A stretch of 64,000 nucleotides of DNA from an uncultured Methanosarcinales archaeon (GCA_964344235.1 CAYFMJ010000001.1:1-64000); one strand, 5' to 3'; numbered from the stretch's first letter, positions 1 to 9,830 are shown. The notes: generated by a model from the sequence alone, not told the origin. Translations and numbers: made by a program.

Positions 1-119
1 AGCTAAGAAATGTGTAGTAGTTTCGTGTTGTGTAGCAGTTTCGGGATATTAGATATAGGGGAAGATACCTACTCCACAATAGTTAACAAACTTAATAACG
101 GGACTTCGCTTGTGAATCA

Positions 120-932
120 GTGATGGACTTTAAAATAGAGAAAAAAGCGAATGAAAATATGCATAAATATCCGACAGAGGATATGAAAATTGCGAAGAAG
201 TTTGCTGATATTTTGAAAAAAGAGTTAGGGGATTTTCTGATGGGTGTTGCAGTGTTTGGTAGTGCATCCAGGCACGAATCAGGTCCGAAGAGTGATATTG
301 ATGTTCTCTTGGTAACGGATGATGCCTCGTATGTGATCACAGAGCCTTTAGTTGAGGGGTATAGAATTATTGTTGATAGTGCTATTCAGAGAGTTTCATT
401 AAAATTGCATGTAACGTCAATGACCTTTACGTCTTTCTGGGAACATGTGAAGGCTGGCGATCCAGTTGTGGTCAATATTTTACGGGACGGATATGCGTTG
501 CAGGATAGAGGGTTCTTTGAGCCGTTACAATTATTGTTGAAGTCTGGAAAGATGCGGCCAACGGACGAGAGTGTCTGGCGATATTTTGGGAGAGCTCCTA
601 AGACGTTGTTAAATTCTCGATGGCATGTGTTGCAAGCAACGCTTGATTTGTATTGGGCTGTCATCGATTCGGCGCATGCAGCATTGATGCGAGCGCAGCA
701 ACTTCCGCCAACACCGGAACATGTAGCAGACATGTTAGAGAAAGCGTTTGTCAAACGGAAGTTACTTGAGAAAAAGTATGCGGATACAATGCGGCGGTTT
801 TATAGGTTGAGTAAGATGATTACGCATCGAGAGATTAAAGAAGTGTCTGGGCAGGAATTTGAACATTATTACGATGAAGCGGAAGCGTTTGTGAAGCGGA
901 TGAAAACGTTGATTGAACGACGATCGTATTAA
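120..932 (+). CDS. Nucleotidyltransferase (MNT) + HEPN domain fusion protein
   Basis: N-terminal FGSASR...SDIDVL pol-beta NTase motif; C-terminal helical domain LYWAVIDSAHAAL...RLSKMITH...AEAFV typical of HEPN. Confidence 0.75.
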   Translation: MMDFKIEKKANENMHKYPTEDMKIAKKFADILKKELGDFLMGVAVFGSASRHESGPKSDIDVLLVTDDASYVITEPLVEGYRIIVDSAIQRVSLKLHVTSMTFTSFWEHVKAGDPVVVNILRDGYALQDRGFFEPLQLLLKSGKMRPTDESVWRYFGRAPKTLLNSRWHVLQATLDLYWAVIDSAHAALMRAQQLPPTPEHVADMLEKAFVKRKLLEKKYADTMRRFYRLSKMITHREIKEVSGQEFEHYYDEAEAFVKRMKTLIERRSY

Positions 933-1264
933 TGAAGTTTTTTACCGTTTTCTGTTGGTTTATCAACGGTTGCAAGAATAATTCCATTTTCGTTATCAAA
1001 CCCTAACGTAAGAACTTCCGACATTAGTGGACCAATTTGTTTCGGTGGGAAGTTAACAACACATAACGCTTGTTTGTTGATTAATTCTTCTTTTGTATAT
1101 TGTTGTGTTATTTGGGCGCTTGATTTTTTGATACCAAGTTCTCCGAGATCAATCTGTAATTTGTACGCTGGCTTACGTGCTTCTGGGAAATCTTCTACTT
1201 TTACGATTGTACCAACACGGATGTCTACTTTTGTGAAGTCGTTGTAGGTTATTGGGGTTGTCAT
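929..1264 (-). CDS. csaA: tRNA-binding / export chaperone CsaA (Trbp111 family)
   Basis: DIRVGTI, ARKPAYKL, VVNFPPKQIG, SEVLTLG motifs; 111 aa. Confidence 0.9.
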   Translation of the reverse strand: MTTPITYNDFTKVDIRVGTIVKVEDFPEARKPAYKLQIDLGELGIKKSSAQITQQYTKEELINKQALCVVNFPPKQIGPLMSEVLTLGFDNENGIILATVDKPTENGKKLH

Positions 1265-1325
1265 TTTATTGTTTTAGTAGCAACACTAGAAACCTTTAAT
1301 AATCTATTTGTTATTCTACCCGTTG

Positions 1326-3026
1326 ATGAAAAAGACTGTGAGGGGGTTTGTTCTAAAGAATGCGTTAGACTTTGGAGGTAGTGTTAACCCGAAAGCGGTT
1401 TTGGGTTTAGTATTACGGTCACATCCGGAGTTGAAAAAAGATGTGCCAAGTGTGTTAAAAGAGATTGAAACAGTTGTGAAAGAGGTTGATGGGTTATCTC
1501 CGGAAGATATCAAAGAAGAGTTAGAAAAAGTTGCTCCCGAATTATTACGTGAAGTTGCGCCAGAGAAAGTGAAAGGGCCTTTGAAGGAATTGCCAAATGC
1601 GACGAAAGGGAAGGTTGTTGTACGGATCGCACCATCTCCATCTGGAACGTTACACATTGGTCATGCGTACGGAGCGTCATTAAATTATGAGTATGCAAAG
1701 ATGTATGGTGGTAAGTTCATTCTTAGGATAGAGGATACGAACCCGGAAAATATTTACGATAAAGCGTATGAATTAATTGAGGAGGATGCAAAGTGGTTAA
1801 CAGAAGATCACGTAGCAGAGGTTGTTGTACAATCAGAGAGGTTGGGACTATATTACGATGCAGCGGAAGCGTTAGTGGCGGCAGGGAATGCGTATGTATG
1901 TGAGTGTAATGCAGACACATGGAGAGAGATGAAGAATGATGGGAAAGCGTGTGCGTGTCGAGAGTTAGAGGTTAAGGAACAGCAGGTGCGGTACGCAAAG
2001 ATGTTTGATGAATACGTTGAGGGGGAAGCGGTGTTGCGGTTGAAGACTGACATCCAACATAAAAACCCCGCAATGAGGGATTTTGCAATTATGCGGATTA
2101 ATCAACATGTGCATCCAAAGACGGGAAAGGATAATCGAGTGTGGCCGTTAATGGTGTTATCAGTTGCGGTAGATGATCATGACTTGGGTATTACGCATGT
2201 GTTAAACGGCAAAGACCACACAGACAATGCAAAGAAGGAAGCGATGATTATGAAGATGCTAGGGTGGGGGGTGCCAGAGTATAAGCATTGGGGCAGAATT
2301 AATTTTGAAGGGTTTACCATAAGTAGTTCCAAAACGAGAATTGCCATTGAACAGAATGAATATACGGGATGGGATGATATCCGGTTACCATTCATGCCCG
2401 CGTTACGTAGAAGGGGGTATCAGCCGGAAGCGTTTCGGAAGTTTGCAACAGAAATTGGGTTGAGTTTGAATGATAAGAGTGTGACGCGGGAAGAGTTTTG
2501 GAAAATGGTTAATGCGTTCAACAAAGAGATTGTTGAAGAGAAAGCAAATCGGTATTTCTTTGTGGAGAAGCCAATAGAAGTTGAGATTGAATGGATGCCT
2601 ACGAAGACCGTGAAGTTAGATTTGCATCCAGACTTTCCGAAGCGAGGAAAGCGAGAGTTGGGAGTGGGGAATAAGTTCTACGTGGCTCGTGTGGATTATG
2701 AACAGTTAGAGGAAAGGAAAATACACCGGCTAATTGATTGTTGTAATTTTATTGTTGAAGAAGGAAAGTGTAAGTTTGTTTCAGAGGAATACATTGCATA
2801 CAAAGATGCAAGTAATAGAGGGAGGATCATCCATTGGCTACCGGTTTCTACAGAAGTTGTTGATGTAGAAGTGATGTTAGAAAATGGAAGTGTTGCTAAA
2901 GGAGTTGGCGAGAAAGGATTAGTTGAGTTGAAAGAAGGAACGATTGTGCAGCTGGAACGATGTTATTTTGCTCGTGTTGATCACGTGGAAAAAGACAGAG
3001 TGGTGCTGTGGTATTTACATAGATAA
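1326..3026 (+). CDS. gltX: Glutamate--tRNA ligase (archaeal type)
   Basis: RIAPSPSGTLHIGH, RIEDTNP, SSSKTR (KMSKS-like), GWDDIRLP; start moved to the ATG at 1326. Confidence 0.97.
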   Translation: MKKTVRGFVLKNALDFGGSVNPKAVLGLVLRSHPELKKDVPSVLKEIETVVKEVDGLSPEDIKEELEKVAPELLREVAPEKVKGPLKELPNATKGKVVVRIAPSPSGTLHIGHAYGASLNYEYAKMYGGKFILRIEDTNPENIYDKAYELIEEDAKWLTEDHVAEVVVQSERLGLYYDAAEALVAAGNAYVCECNADTWREMKNDGKACACRELEVKEQQVRYAKMFDEYVEGEAVLRLKTDIQHKNPAMRDFAIMRINQHVHPKTGKDNRVWPLMVLSVAVDDHDLGITHVLNGKDHTDNAKKEAMIMKMLGWGVPEYKHWGRINFEGFTISSSKTRIAIEQNEYTGWDDIRLPFMPALRRRGYQPEAFRKFATEIGLSLNDKSVTREEFWKMVNAFNKEIVEEKANRYFFVEKPIEVEIEWMPTKTVKLDLHPDFPKRGKRELGVGNKFYVARVDYEQLEERKIHRLIDCCNFIVEEGKCKFVSEEYIAYKDASNRGRIIHWLPVSTEVVDVEVMLENGSVAKGVGEKGLVELKEGTIVQLERCYFARVDHVEKDRVVLWYLHR

Positions 3027-3039
3027 AGGGGGTTTTACA

Positions 3040-3507
3040 ATGGGAAAAATATCAAGAGATACGCCTTTGGCGGAGATTACATTACGGCGGTATGAAAAGC
3101 CGACGATGGGTGAAAGAGAGTTAGTACGGAAGTTGTGTTTGTCTTTAGGTTTGTTACAACCTGGAGATTCTCGCGACGTGATGGTCGATGTGTTGCATCA
3201 ATTATTGATGGCTAGGCAAAGGCGGGAAGAGTTGCATTCGGAGGAAGTAAAGAATTTAGTGATGAGTTACCGGAAGAAGAATGGATTACCAATGTTAGGA
3301 ATTGCTTCGTCTAATATTCGAAGGCAGTTGAAGCGGTTAAAAGATTTACATTTGATTGAAACGAACGCTAATTTGTATAGAATTGCAGAGTGGAATAATG
3401 TGACGGAGATTTTTGAGGAGAAAATTCACAATTTCGTGTTACAGTCTGTGGTTTCTCGCGTTAGGGATTATGTGAAGAAAGTGGATGAGGAGTTTAAGGC
3501 CAATTAA
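3040..3507 (+). CDS. Conserved hypothetical winged-helix-like protein
   Basis: DTPLAEITLRRYEKP N-terminus and SNIRRQLKRLKDLHLIE HTH-like segment; ATG at 3040 follows GGGGG, just after gltX. Confidence 0.6.
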   Translation: MGKISRDTPLAEITLRRYEKPTMGERELVRKLCLSLGLLQPGDSRDVMVDVLHQLLMARQRREELHSEEVKNLVMSYRKKNGLPMLGIASSNIRRQLKRLKDLHLIETNANLYRIAEWNNVTEIFEEKIHNFVLQSVVSRVRDYVKKVDEEFKAN

Positions 3508-4055
3508 GAGGATGTTGGATCGAAGTGTAGTTTCCGGTAAAACTCCGGAGTGACCTGCGCTTTAAGTAAGTTTGATACAACTAAAATTCTATGGTCTCTC
3601 CCATCATACCCTCGAGGCACAAGGACTAAGTCTGTTTCATTTCCATCAGTTTGGCCACATAACTCAGCGAGGGTGGCACCTAGGGCATATAGTGTCCAAT
3701 CTCTCCCGGCTCTTTCTCCTGGCCAGGGTACTTCACCCATGTGAGACTGATAAGCGGCTGGTGCATCGCTGACCAATTCAGGTAGAGAGGGAAGGTCTGA
3801 TTCGTTGATTAAGTAAGGGTGATCCTAAGGTATCCTTAAATCATCCGTTTCAAAAAGTACTAGGCCGTTTGTGTGATTGACTGTAACCCTGGAGAGAACA
3901 GTTAAAGAAAAGTTGCTTCCTTCCCTAGGTTCAAGAAAGATCACAGTTTGGTTGGGGGCAAAATAATCACCAGAAACCCAATATAACTTCTGGTGGTCTA
4001 ATTCTCCACCATTTGGATCATAAAGAGCAAAATCAGACTCAATCGGGTCAATCAT
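3504..4055 (-). pseudogene. Hypothetical protein of 184 codons interrupted by one in-frame TAG at 3825-3827
   Basis: Track ORFs 3825-4055 and 3504-3776 are in the same frame, joined by TAG plus 16 sense codons (DHPYLINESDLPSLPE). Confidence 0.55.
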
Positions 4056-4103
4056 AAAAAAAATGAGAAAGTGTTATTTAAAAAGATTATTAATGTGGAA
4101 AAC

Positions 4104-4367
4104 CTAAATAATATCTTCCTCGGCAACCACAATAAAGTCACCAGTTGCAATGACTGCGGAGAATGGAATCAAAATGTTGCCTTCTCTTGATTTCTCTAAT
4201 TCCATTCTGTCTGTGTATGATGTTGGGTTTCGTAATAGTAAGTGGATTAGTTCTCCAGAACCTACTTCAAAAATTAAATCTCCAACATCTCCAAACTTTT
4301 TTCCCGATTTAGAAACTATTGTTTTTCCTAGGAGTTCTTTAGAATAACTTTTTTCGCGATCTACCAT
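4104..4367 (-). CDS. PRC-barrel domain protein (archaeal CdpB-like)
   Basis: LLGKTIVSKSGKKFGDVGDLIFEVGSGEL...ILIPFSAVIATGDFIVV is a single PRC barrel of 87 aa. Confidence 0.85.
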   Translation of the reverse strand: MVDREKSYSKELLGKTIVSKSGKKFGDVGDLIFEVGSGELIHLLLRNPTSYTDRMELEKSREGNILIPFSAVIATGDFIVVAEEDII

Positions 4368-4492
4368 GACAATTCACCCTCGTTTTAGCTTTATTTACGG
4401 AGAGAAGAGAAGAAAGTGACTATATAAAGTTTGCGGTGGTCTGATTATTATGATGCAAAAGCTTAATATAATTCTGTGTAGGAGTTAGAGTT

Positions 4493-5284
4493 ATGTGGGT
4501 GCATAATCTCGATCCAGTACTGGTGCCTCTCGGCCCCGTAGAAATTAGGTGGTATGGTTTAGTATATGTATTTGGTTTTCTTCTGAGTATCTGGTGGCTG
4601 CAATATATGCGGAAGCAAGGTAAGTTAGACCTAACATCTGATGAAATTTGGGATTTTATGCTATATCTAATTATTGGAGTATTAGTAGGTGCACGATTGT
4701 TTATGATTTTTTGGCAACCAGCCGATTTTCTGGCGAAACCATGGAATTTATTACGCCTCTGGGAAGGGGGGATGAGTTTCCACGGTGGTTTCGTAGGAGT
4801 TGTAGCAGCAGCGTGGTGGTATTCTAAGAAGAAAAAACTGAATTTTTGGAAGTTAGCGGATATGGTGTCTGTGCCAGCAATTTTTGCTTTGGCGTTGGGG
4901 AGGATTGCCAACTTTATTAATGGAGAGTTAGTGGGAAGAGTGTGGAATGGCCAGTGGTGTGTTGTGTTTCCTGATTTTGGGGAAGCATGTCGGCATCCGA
5001 GTACATTATATGCAGCAGGGAAGCGATTTATAGTATTTGGATGGTTAGTGTGGTTGAGTGTTTGGAAAGAGTTTAAGCCAGGTTTCATTTTCTGGAATTT
5101 CGTGATGTGGGAAGGATTAGGGAGAATTATTGTTGATTTTTATAGGGAAAATGCTGTATTTGCAGGATTTAGCTTAGGGCAATGGTTTAGTGTAATTATG
5201 GTAATTGTGGCCGTTATTGTCTTCAGAAAGCATTATGTAGAAGATTGGAAAAAGATATTTAAAAGAGAACGTAAATTAGGGTAA
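4493..5284 (+). CDS. lgt: Prolipoprotein diacylglyceryl transferase
   Basis: IRWYG, GARL, GGMSFHGG, GRIANFINGELVGR, RHPSTLY motifs; multiple TM segments. Confidence 0.93.
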   Translation: MWVHNLDPVLVPLGPVEIRWYGLVYVFGFLLSIWWLQYMRKQGKLDLTSDEIWDFMLYLIIGVLVGARLFMIFWQPADFLAKPWNLLRLWEGGMSFHGGFVGVVAAAWWYSKKKKLNFWKLADMVSVPAIFALALGRIANFINGELVGRVWNGQWCVVFPDFGEACRHPSTLYAAGKRFIVFGWLVWLSVWKEFKPGFIFWNFVMWEGLGRIIVDFYRENAVFAGFSLGQWFSVIMVIVAVIVFRKHYVEDWKKIFKRERKLG

Positions 5285-5310
5285 AATAGGGGTGTGGTGG
5301 AGGAAAAACA

Positions 5311-5706
5311 ATGAGAAATATACTATTAGGATTATTGTTAGTAAGTGTAATGTTCCTCGCAGCTTGTTCAACGGATGCTCCTGTTACAGGGGACGGAGTT
5401 GAAGAAGTGAGTGGTGAAGCAGCACTCAGTAACAATGTGTACCAAGTTGTTGTTGATGATTTATCGTTAATTCCAGCCGATATTGATATAGAGGTTGGAG
5501 ATACGATTGAATGGGTGAATAAAGATTTTGTTTCCCACACAGTTGAATTTGACAACGGCATGTTCAGCACAGAAGTGTTACCAAGTTCAGTGGTTTCATA
5601 TAGATTCATGGAAGCAGGTTCGTTTGGGTACTTGAGTGTACCACAAGATACAGACAACCCGGAATTCGAGTTTGAGAATTTTGTTGGAACTGTGAATGTT
5701 AAATAA
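5311..5706 (+). CDS. Cupredoxin-fold lipoprotein lacking the C-terminal copper ligands
   Basis: Lipobox LAA-C19; IDIEVGDTIEWVNKDFVSHTV plastocyanin-like segment; no C-x2-H-x2-M loop. Confidence 0.7.
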   Translation: MRNILLGLLLVSVMFLAACSTDAPVTGDGVEEVSGEAALSNNVYQVVVDDLSLIPADIDIEVGDTIEWVNKDFVSHTVEFDNGMFSTEVLPSSVVSYRFMEAGSFGYLSVPQDTDNPEFEFENFVGTVNVK

Positions 5707-5716
5707 TTTTTATTTT

Positions 5717-6475
5717 TTATTTATCTGTTTTTATTGCTTGTTTCCAGAGGAGGTTAAAATATTCTCTATATGATTGGGCAACTTCTTTATTCTTGATCAC
5801 AAAGCAAATCTTTTGCTCCCTGGTGAAGACAATGGTCCCAACAGTATCGGCGAACATGTAAAGAAAAACAGGGGTCTTAACTCCTTTTGGTAAGAAGCGT
5901 TGCTCAACATATTTCCTCTTCTGACGGTCTTTCAGATGCCATGTTTCGTAATCATAAATAACACGTCCGGGAATTTTCAATTCAGCACGTCGTTGGTGGT
6001 GTTGGCGAAAGTATGCATGAAAGTAGAGGCTTGCTTCTTTAGAATAGCCCAAAACAAGTAACTCTTCTTTCTGGGGGTTATCAGATAAAGACATTTCAAA
6101 CAGAGTTCTAATACCTCTTGGTCCATGAAGAATCTCTGCACTCGTTTTTTCCTCCGTTGGTTGGAGCAACTCCAATTGAGGGAGTATTTTTTGAAGTTCT
6201 TTTTCTTTTGTAACGATCTCTCTGCGTTTCTTTTCTAGAAGTTCTTGAAGATTCTTGGGAGGAACTGCTTGGAACACCTTAACACGACCTTCCATCACGC
6301 TTCCAACAAGACCTTTATCTGCAAGCCTTGCAAGTATATCATAAATTTTTGACCTTGACACGTGGGCCTGTTTGATAATCTTACCAACAGAAGTTTTGCC
6401 TAACGAAAGAAGAGTGATGTAAACTTTACTCTCTCCTTTGGTAAGGCCAATCCTTTCTAATGCTTCTATATTCAT
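5717..6475 (-). CDS. TrmB-family transcriptional regulator
   Basis: IGLTKGESKVYITLL...RSKIYDILARLADKGLV HTH followed by a PLD-like effector domain. Confidence 0.9.
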   Translation of the reverse strand: MNIEALERIGLTKGESKVYITLLSLGKTSVGKIIKQAHVSRSKIYDILARLADKGLVGSVMEGRVKVFQAVPPKNLQELLEKKRREIVTKEKELQKILPQLELLQPTEEKTSAEILHGPRGIRTLFEMSLSDNPQKEELLVLGYSKEASLYFHAYFRQHHQRRAELKIPGRVIYDYETWHLKDRQKRKYVEQRFLPKGVKTPVFLYMFADTVGTIVFTREQKICFVIKNKEVAQSYREYFNLLWKQAIKTDK

Positions 6476-6520
6476 CGGGCTTTGTATAGCGTATTTATTT
6501 AAAATTATTTCGTTTAGAAA

Positions 6521-6532
6521 CCCCCCAGGGGG
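6521..6532. promoter_or_regulatory. GC-rich palindrome CCCCCCAGGGGG in the divergent TrmB / PEP-mobile-domain promoter region
   Basis: Lies between AT-rich TATA-like boxes at ~6494-6503 and ~6539-6549. Confidence 0.3.
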
Positions 6533-6571
6533 CCAACATATTATTAAAAGGACTTTAGCTACAAGAGACGT

Positions 6572-7981
6572 ATGATAGATCCAACTGCAAAATTATTCCG
6601 TTGGGGACCGGTTCCGGGTAGATACTTTTACATGTCAGAGTTTATCCCGGTGTGTTACAAACATTTCAAAGAAAGATTTCCAAAGTGCTTTTGGCCAGAA
6701 GGGATAATCTTGTTTAAAGATAAACGAATGGTATGGGTCCATGATGATAATTCATTTAGAGATGAGGCAAGGAAGGTATTTACTCAATACACATTACATG
6801 AAAAACAACGTGAAACACTATACGGGGAGTGGTTATTCCATCTCAAAAAACTAATACGGTATCAAGAACATATTAACACAGTAGAACTTGCAAAGATTTC
6901 AAATGAGGACTTACTACAGATTTGGGAGAAGTTCTTTGAATTAGTTATTGCTTTCTGGATACCTACAATTCCACCAGAATTGGGTAATTATGGTTCTGAG
7001 AGTATATTACAAGAAGAATTGCAACAATACATTCTTGATCAAGATGAGCTGCGTGTAGCTATGGAAATTTTAACTGCTCCTGAGGAAATTTCATTTTATC
7101 AGGAAGAGGAGATCGAGCTTGCGAAGACAGAGAATATTGAAGCACACCAGAAAAAGTATTTTTGGTTGCACAACAGCTATGCTGGTGTGGATGAGTTGTG
7201 GGTTGCGAATTTCGAGGAACGGAAAAAGAACATTCCAAAAACAATCGAGGAGGAACTAGAGATTCGCATAGAAACAACAAAAGAGGAGCGGGAAGAAATC
7301 ATAAAGAGGTATGATCTACCGGAGGACATCAAAAAAATAGCAAAAGCAATTCGTGCTAACATTGTTTGGCAAGATCAACGGAAAAAATACATTTTCATCA
7401 ATTTGCACTACAAAGACTTGTTATGCAAAGAAGTTGCACGAAGGTTTAATTATGATTATAATGACTTGCTTAATGCGAATTATCAAGAAGTTGCAGAGAT
7501 CATAAATGACCAGCAGATGCAGAGAGTGCTACAAAAGCGGCGGAAGAGTTTTGGTATTCACTTTACCGAAGAAGAGAAACTTCTCAGCCCCGAGGAAGCT
7601 GCAAAAGCGTGGGATGAGTTTGCTCAAGAAAAAGTAGCCAAAGCGATTACAGAATTTACGGGGACAGTAGCGAGTAAAGGTGTAAGTCGTTTTACCCGAG
7701 GTAAAGTGAGAATAGTGTTTGATCCATTTGAAGCTGACGCTTTCAAGGAAGGAGAAATACTTGTCGCGCCAATGACCTCTCCCGAGTACGTTTTTCTGAT
7801 GAAAAAAGCTGACGCTATTATTACGGACACGGGAGGCCTTACCTGTCACGCGGCTATCGTAAGTAGGGAATTCAGCACTCCCTGCATTGTTGGAACGAGA
7901 GTAGCAACACAAGCATTGAAAGATGGGCAAACTGTTGAAGTTAATACTGAGAAAGGAATAGTTAGAATTATTGAGGATTAG
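6572..7981 (+). CDS. PEP-utilizing enzyme mobile (phospho-His) domain protein with a large N-terminal helical region and no ATP-grasp domain
   Basis: C-terminal GEILVAPMTSPEY...TDTGGLTCHAAIVSRE...VGTRVAT. Confidence 0.85.
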   Translation: MIDPTAKLFRWGPVPGRYFYMSEFIPVCYKHFKERFPKCFWPEGIILFKDKRMVWVHDDNSFRDEARKVFTQYTLHEKQRETLYGEWLFHLKKLIRYQEHINTVELAKISNEDLLQIWEKFFELVIAFWIPTIPPELGNYGSESILQEELQQYILDQDELRVAMEILTAPEEISFYQEEEIELAKTENIEAHQKKYFWLHNSYAGVDELWVANFEERKKNIPKTIEEELEIRIETTKEEREEIIKRYDLPEDIKKIAKAIRANIVWQDQRKKYIFINLHYKDLLCKEVARRFNYDYNDLLNANYQEVAEIINDQQMQRVLQKRRKSFGIHFTEEEKLLSPEEAAKAWDEFAQEKVAKAITEFTGTVASKGVSRFTRGKVRIVFDPFEADAFKEGEILVAPMTSPEYVFLMKKADAIITDTGGLTCHAAIVSREFSTPCIVGTRVATQALKDGQTVEVNTEKGIVRIIED

Positions 7982-9741
7982 CCATAATACCAATTACCAT
8001 TACTTCGTTGCTCTCTGTCTTTGACGGAATTGGGTTTATTGATTCTTGGTCTATGGGAAGTAACATCTCGCCGTAAGGTAATATCAAGTGATTTCAAGAA
8101 CGTATTCATCCCTTCTTCCATACTAAATGGACCTTGTAACAAACCAGACTTAGCTGGTGTTCCTGTGAAGACAATAACTCTATCAGAAAGATAATCCATG
8201 AACATTAAATCGTGATCAACAACAAGTACAGTAACGTCTCGTTCCCGAGCAATATTTTTAATAACTTTAGAGATTGCTAGACGTTGTTCAACATCTAAGT
8301 AAGCAGAGGGTTCGTCTAACAAGAAGAGTTCTGCGTCTTTGGACAAGCAGTGAGCGATTGCCACACGTTGTAATTGTCCGCCAGATAATTGTGATAATTT
8401 TTGAGTGAATAGTTTCTCTAAGTCTAACGGTTTGATTAATTGGTTCGAATATTCAGCAATTGCTTCATGTAAAAACTCTGCTACTAATTGGTCAGAAGAA
8501 GAGTCAAGATATTGTGGTTTGTACGAGACTTTCACTTCTCCGTCAATCTTTCCGGAGTCTGCTTCAAAGATTCCGGCAAGTAGTTTAATGAAAGATGTTT
8601 TCCCAATACCGTTCTCACCGAGAATGCCAACGATTTCGTTTTTGTACAAGACACCGTTTTCCGTTGCTAAAGAAAAGTTACCTAACTGTTTCTGTACTTT
8701 TTCCCAGGCAATCAGTTGTTGTGGTAAGTGGGTTCGAGTTTCTTGTGTTCTGCCAAACTTTAATGGAGAAGCTCGGAAACGAACGTTTTCTTCTTTGAGA
8801 AATCCTTCTAAGAAAGCGTTAATTCCCTCTCGCGTTGACTTGACCCCTGAAACTACACCAAACACCCCCTCAGTTCCGTACATGATGTTTAAGAGATCTG
8901 TCATGTAATCTAAAATAATAAGGTCGTGTTCAATGACCACGGTAGAAGTGTCTGCCGTTGCTAAAGAGGAAATAAATTGGGAGATATTAATCCGTTGTTT
9001 AATGTCTAAGTAGGAAGACGGCTCGTCGAAGAGGAAGAGGTTTGCATCTTTCAAGACTGCAGCAGCAATCGCGACTCGTTGTAATTCCCCTCCAGAGATT
9101 TTAGAGACTTCAGTGTCGAGGAAATGTGTAAGGTTTAATTGTTCTGTTATTGTGGCAAGTTTATTGTTAGAGTCTACTCTGGTGAGCAGTTCTTTTACGG
9201 TTCCAGAGAATTGTCTGGGGATTAATTCCACCTGTTGTGGTTTATAGGAAAGAGTAATGTCGTTGTTTTGTAATTTCTCTAAGAATTTCTGTGTTTCGGA
9301 ACCTTTGAAGTAATTGATAACCTCTTTGAATTCTGGTGGGTCTTGCCAATTTCCTAAATTTGGCTTAAGGATATTAGCCATGATTTTAAGTGCTGTAGAC
9401 TTTCCAATACCGTTCTTTCCTAACATCCCGGTTACTTTGCCAAATAACGGTGTCGGGAGGGAGTAGAGTTCAAAGGCATTCTCACCATATCGATGGACAG
9501 GATCTTTTGTTAAGTGTGCTGGGAGGTTGATGATAGTAATAGCACCGAAAGGACATCTGTTAGGACAGATACCACAACCTGTGCAAAGCATTTCATCGAT
9601 CCTGGCTTTTTTATCGGGTTCACCAGGATAGACACAATCACCACCCGCTCGATTAACGGGGCACAATTTAGCACAGAGATAATTACCACATTCATTCGGG
9701 TGACATTTTTCTTTATCGATGACAGCTATTCGTTTTCGCAT
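7978..9741 (-). CDS. rli1: Ribosome recycling factor ABCE1/RLI1
   Basis: N-terminal Fe-S cysteines (CHPNECGNYLCAKLCP; CTGCGICPNRCP); two ABC domains with GKNGIGKST and GENGIGKTS. Confidence 0.97.
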   Translation of the reverse strand: MRKRIAVIDKEKCHPNECGNYLCAKLCPVNRAGGDCVYPGEPDKKARIDEMLCTGCGICPNRCPFGAITIINLPAHLTKDPVHRYGENAFELYSLPTPLFGKVTGMLGKNGIGKSTALKIMANILKPNLGNWQDPPEFKEVINYFKGSETQKFLEKLQNNDITLSYKPQQVELIPRQFSGTVKELLTRVDSNNKLATITEQLNLTHFLDTEVSKISGGELQRVAIAAAVLKDANLFLFDEPSSYLDIKQRINISQFISSLATADTSTVVIEHDLIILDYMTDLLNIMYGTEGVFGVVSGVKSTREGINAFLEGFLKEENVRFRASPLKFGRTQETRTHLPQQLIAWEKVQKQLGNFSLATENGVLYKNEIVGILGENGIGKTSFIKLLAGIFEADSGKIDGEVKVSYKPQYLDSSSDQLVAEFLHEAIAEYSNQLIKPLDLEKLFTQKLSQLSGGQLQRVAIAHCLSKDAELFLLDEPSAYLDVEQRLAISKVIKNIARERDVTVLVVDHDLMFMDYLSDRVIVFTGTPAKSGLLQGPFSMEEGMNTFLKSLDITLRRDVTSHRPRINKPNSVKDREQRSNGNWYYG

Positions 9742-9830
9742 GATGGTATGGAAGAAAGTTGTTTTATATTAGTTTTGCTTTGGAAATGGGGAAACAAAAT
9801 TATTTAAAGAGAGTACATTTTGAAGTTTAT

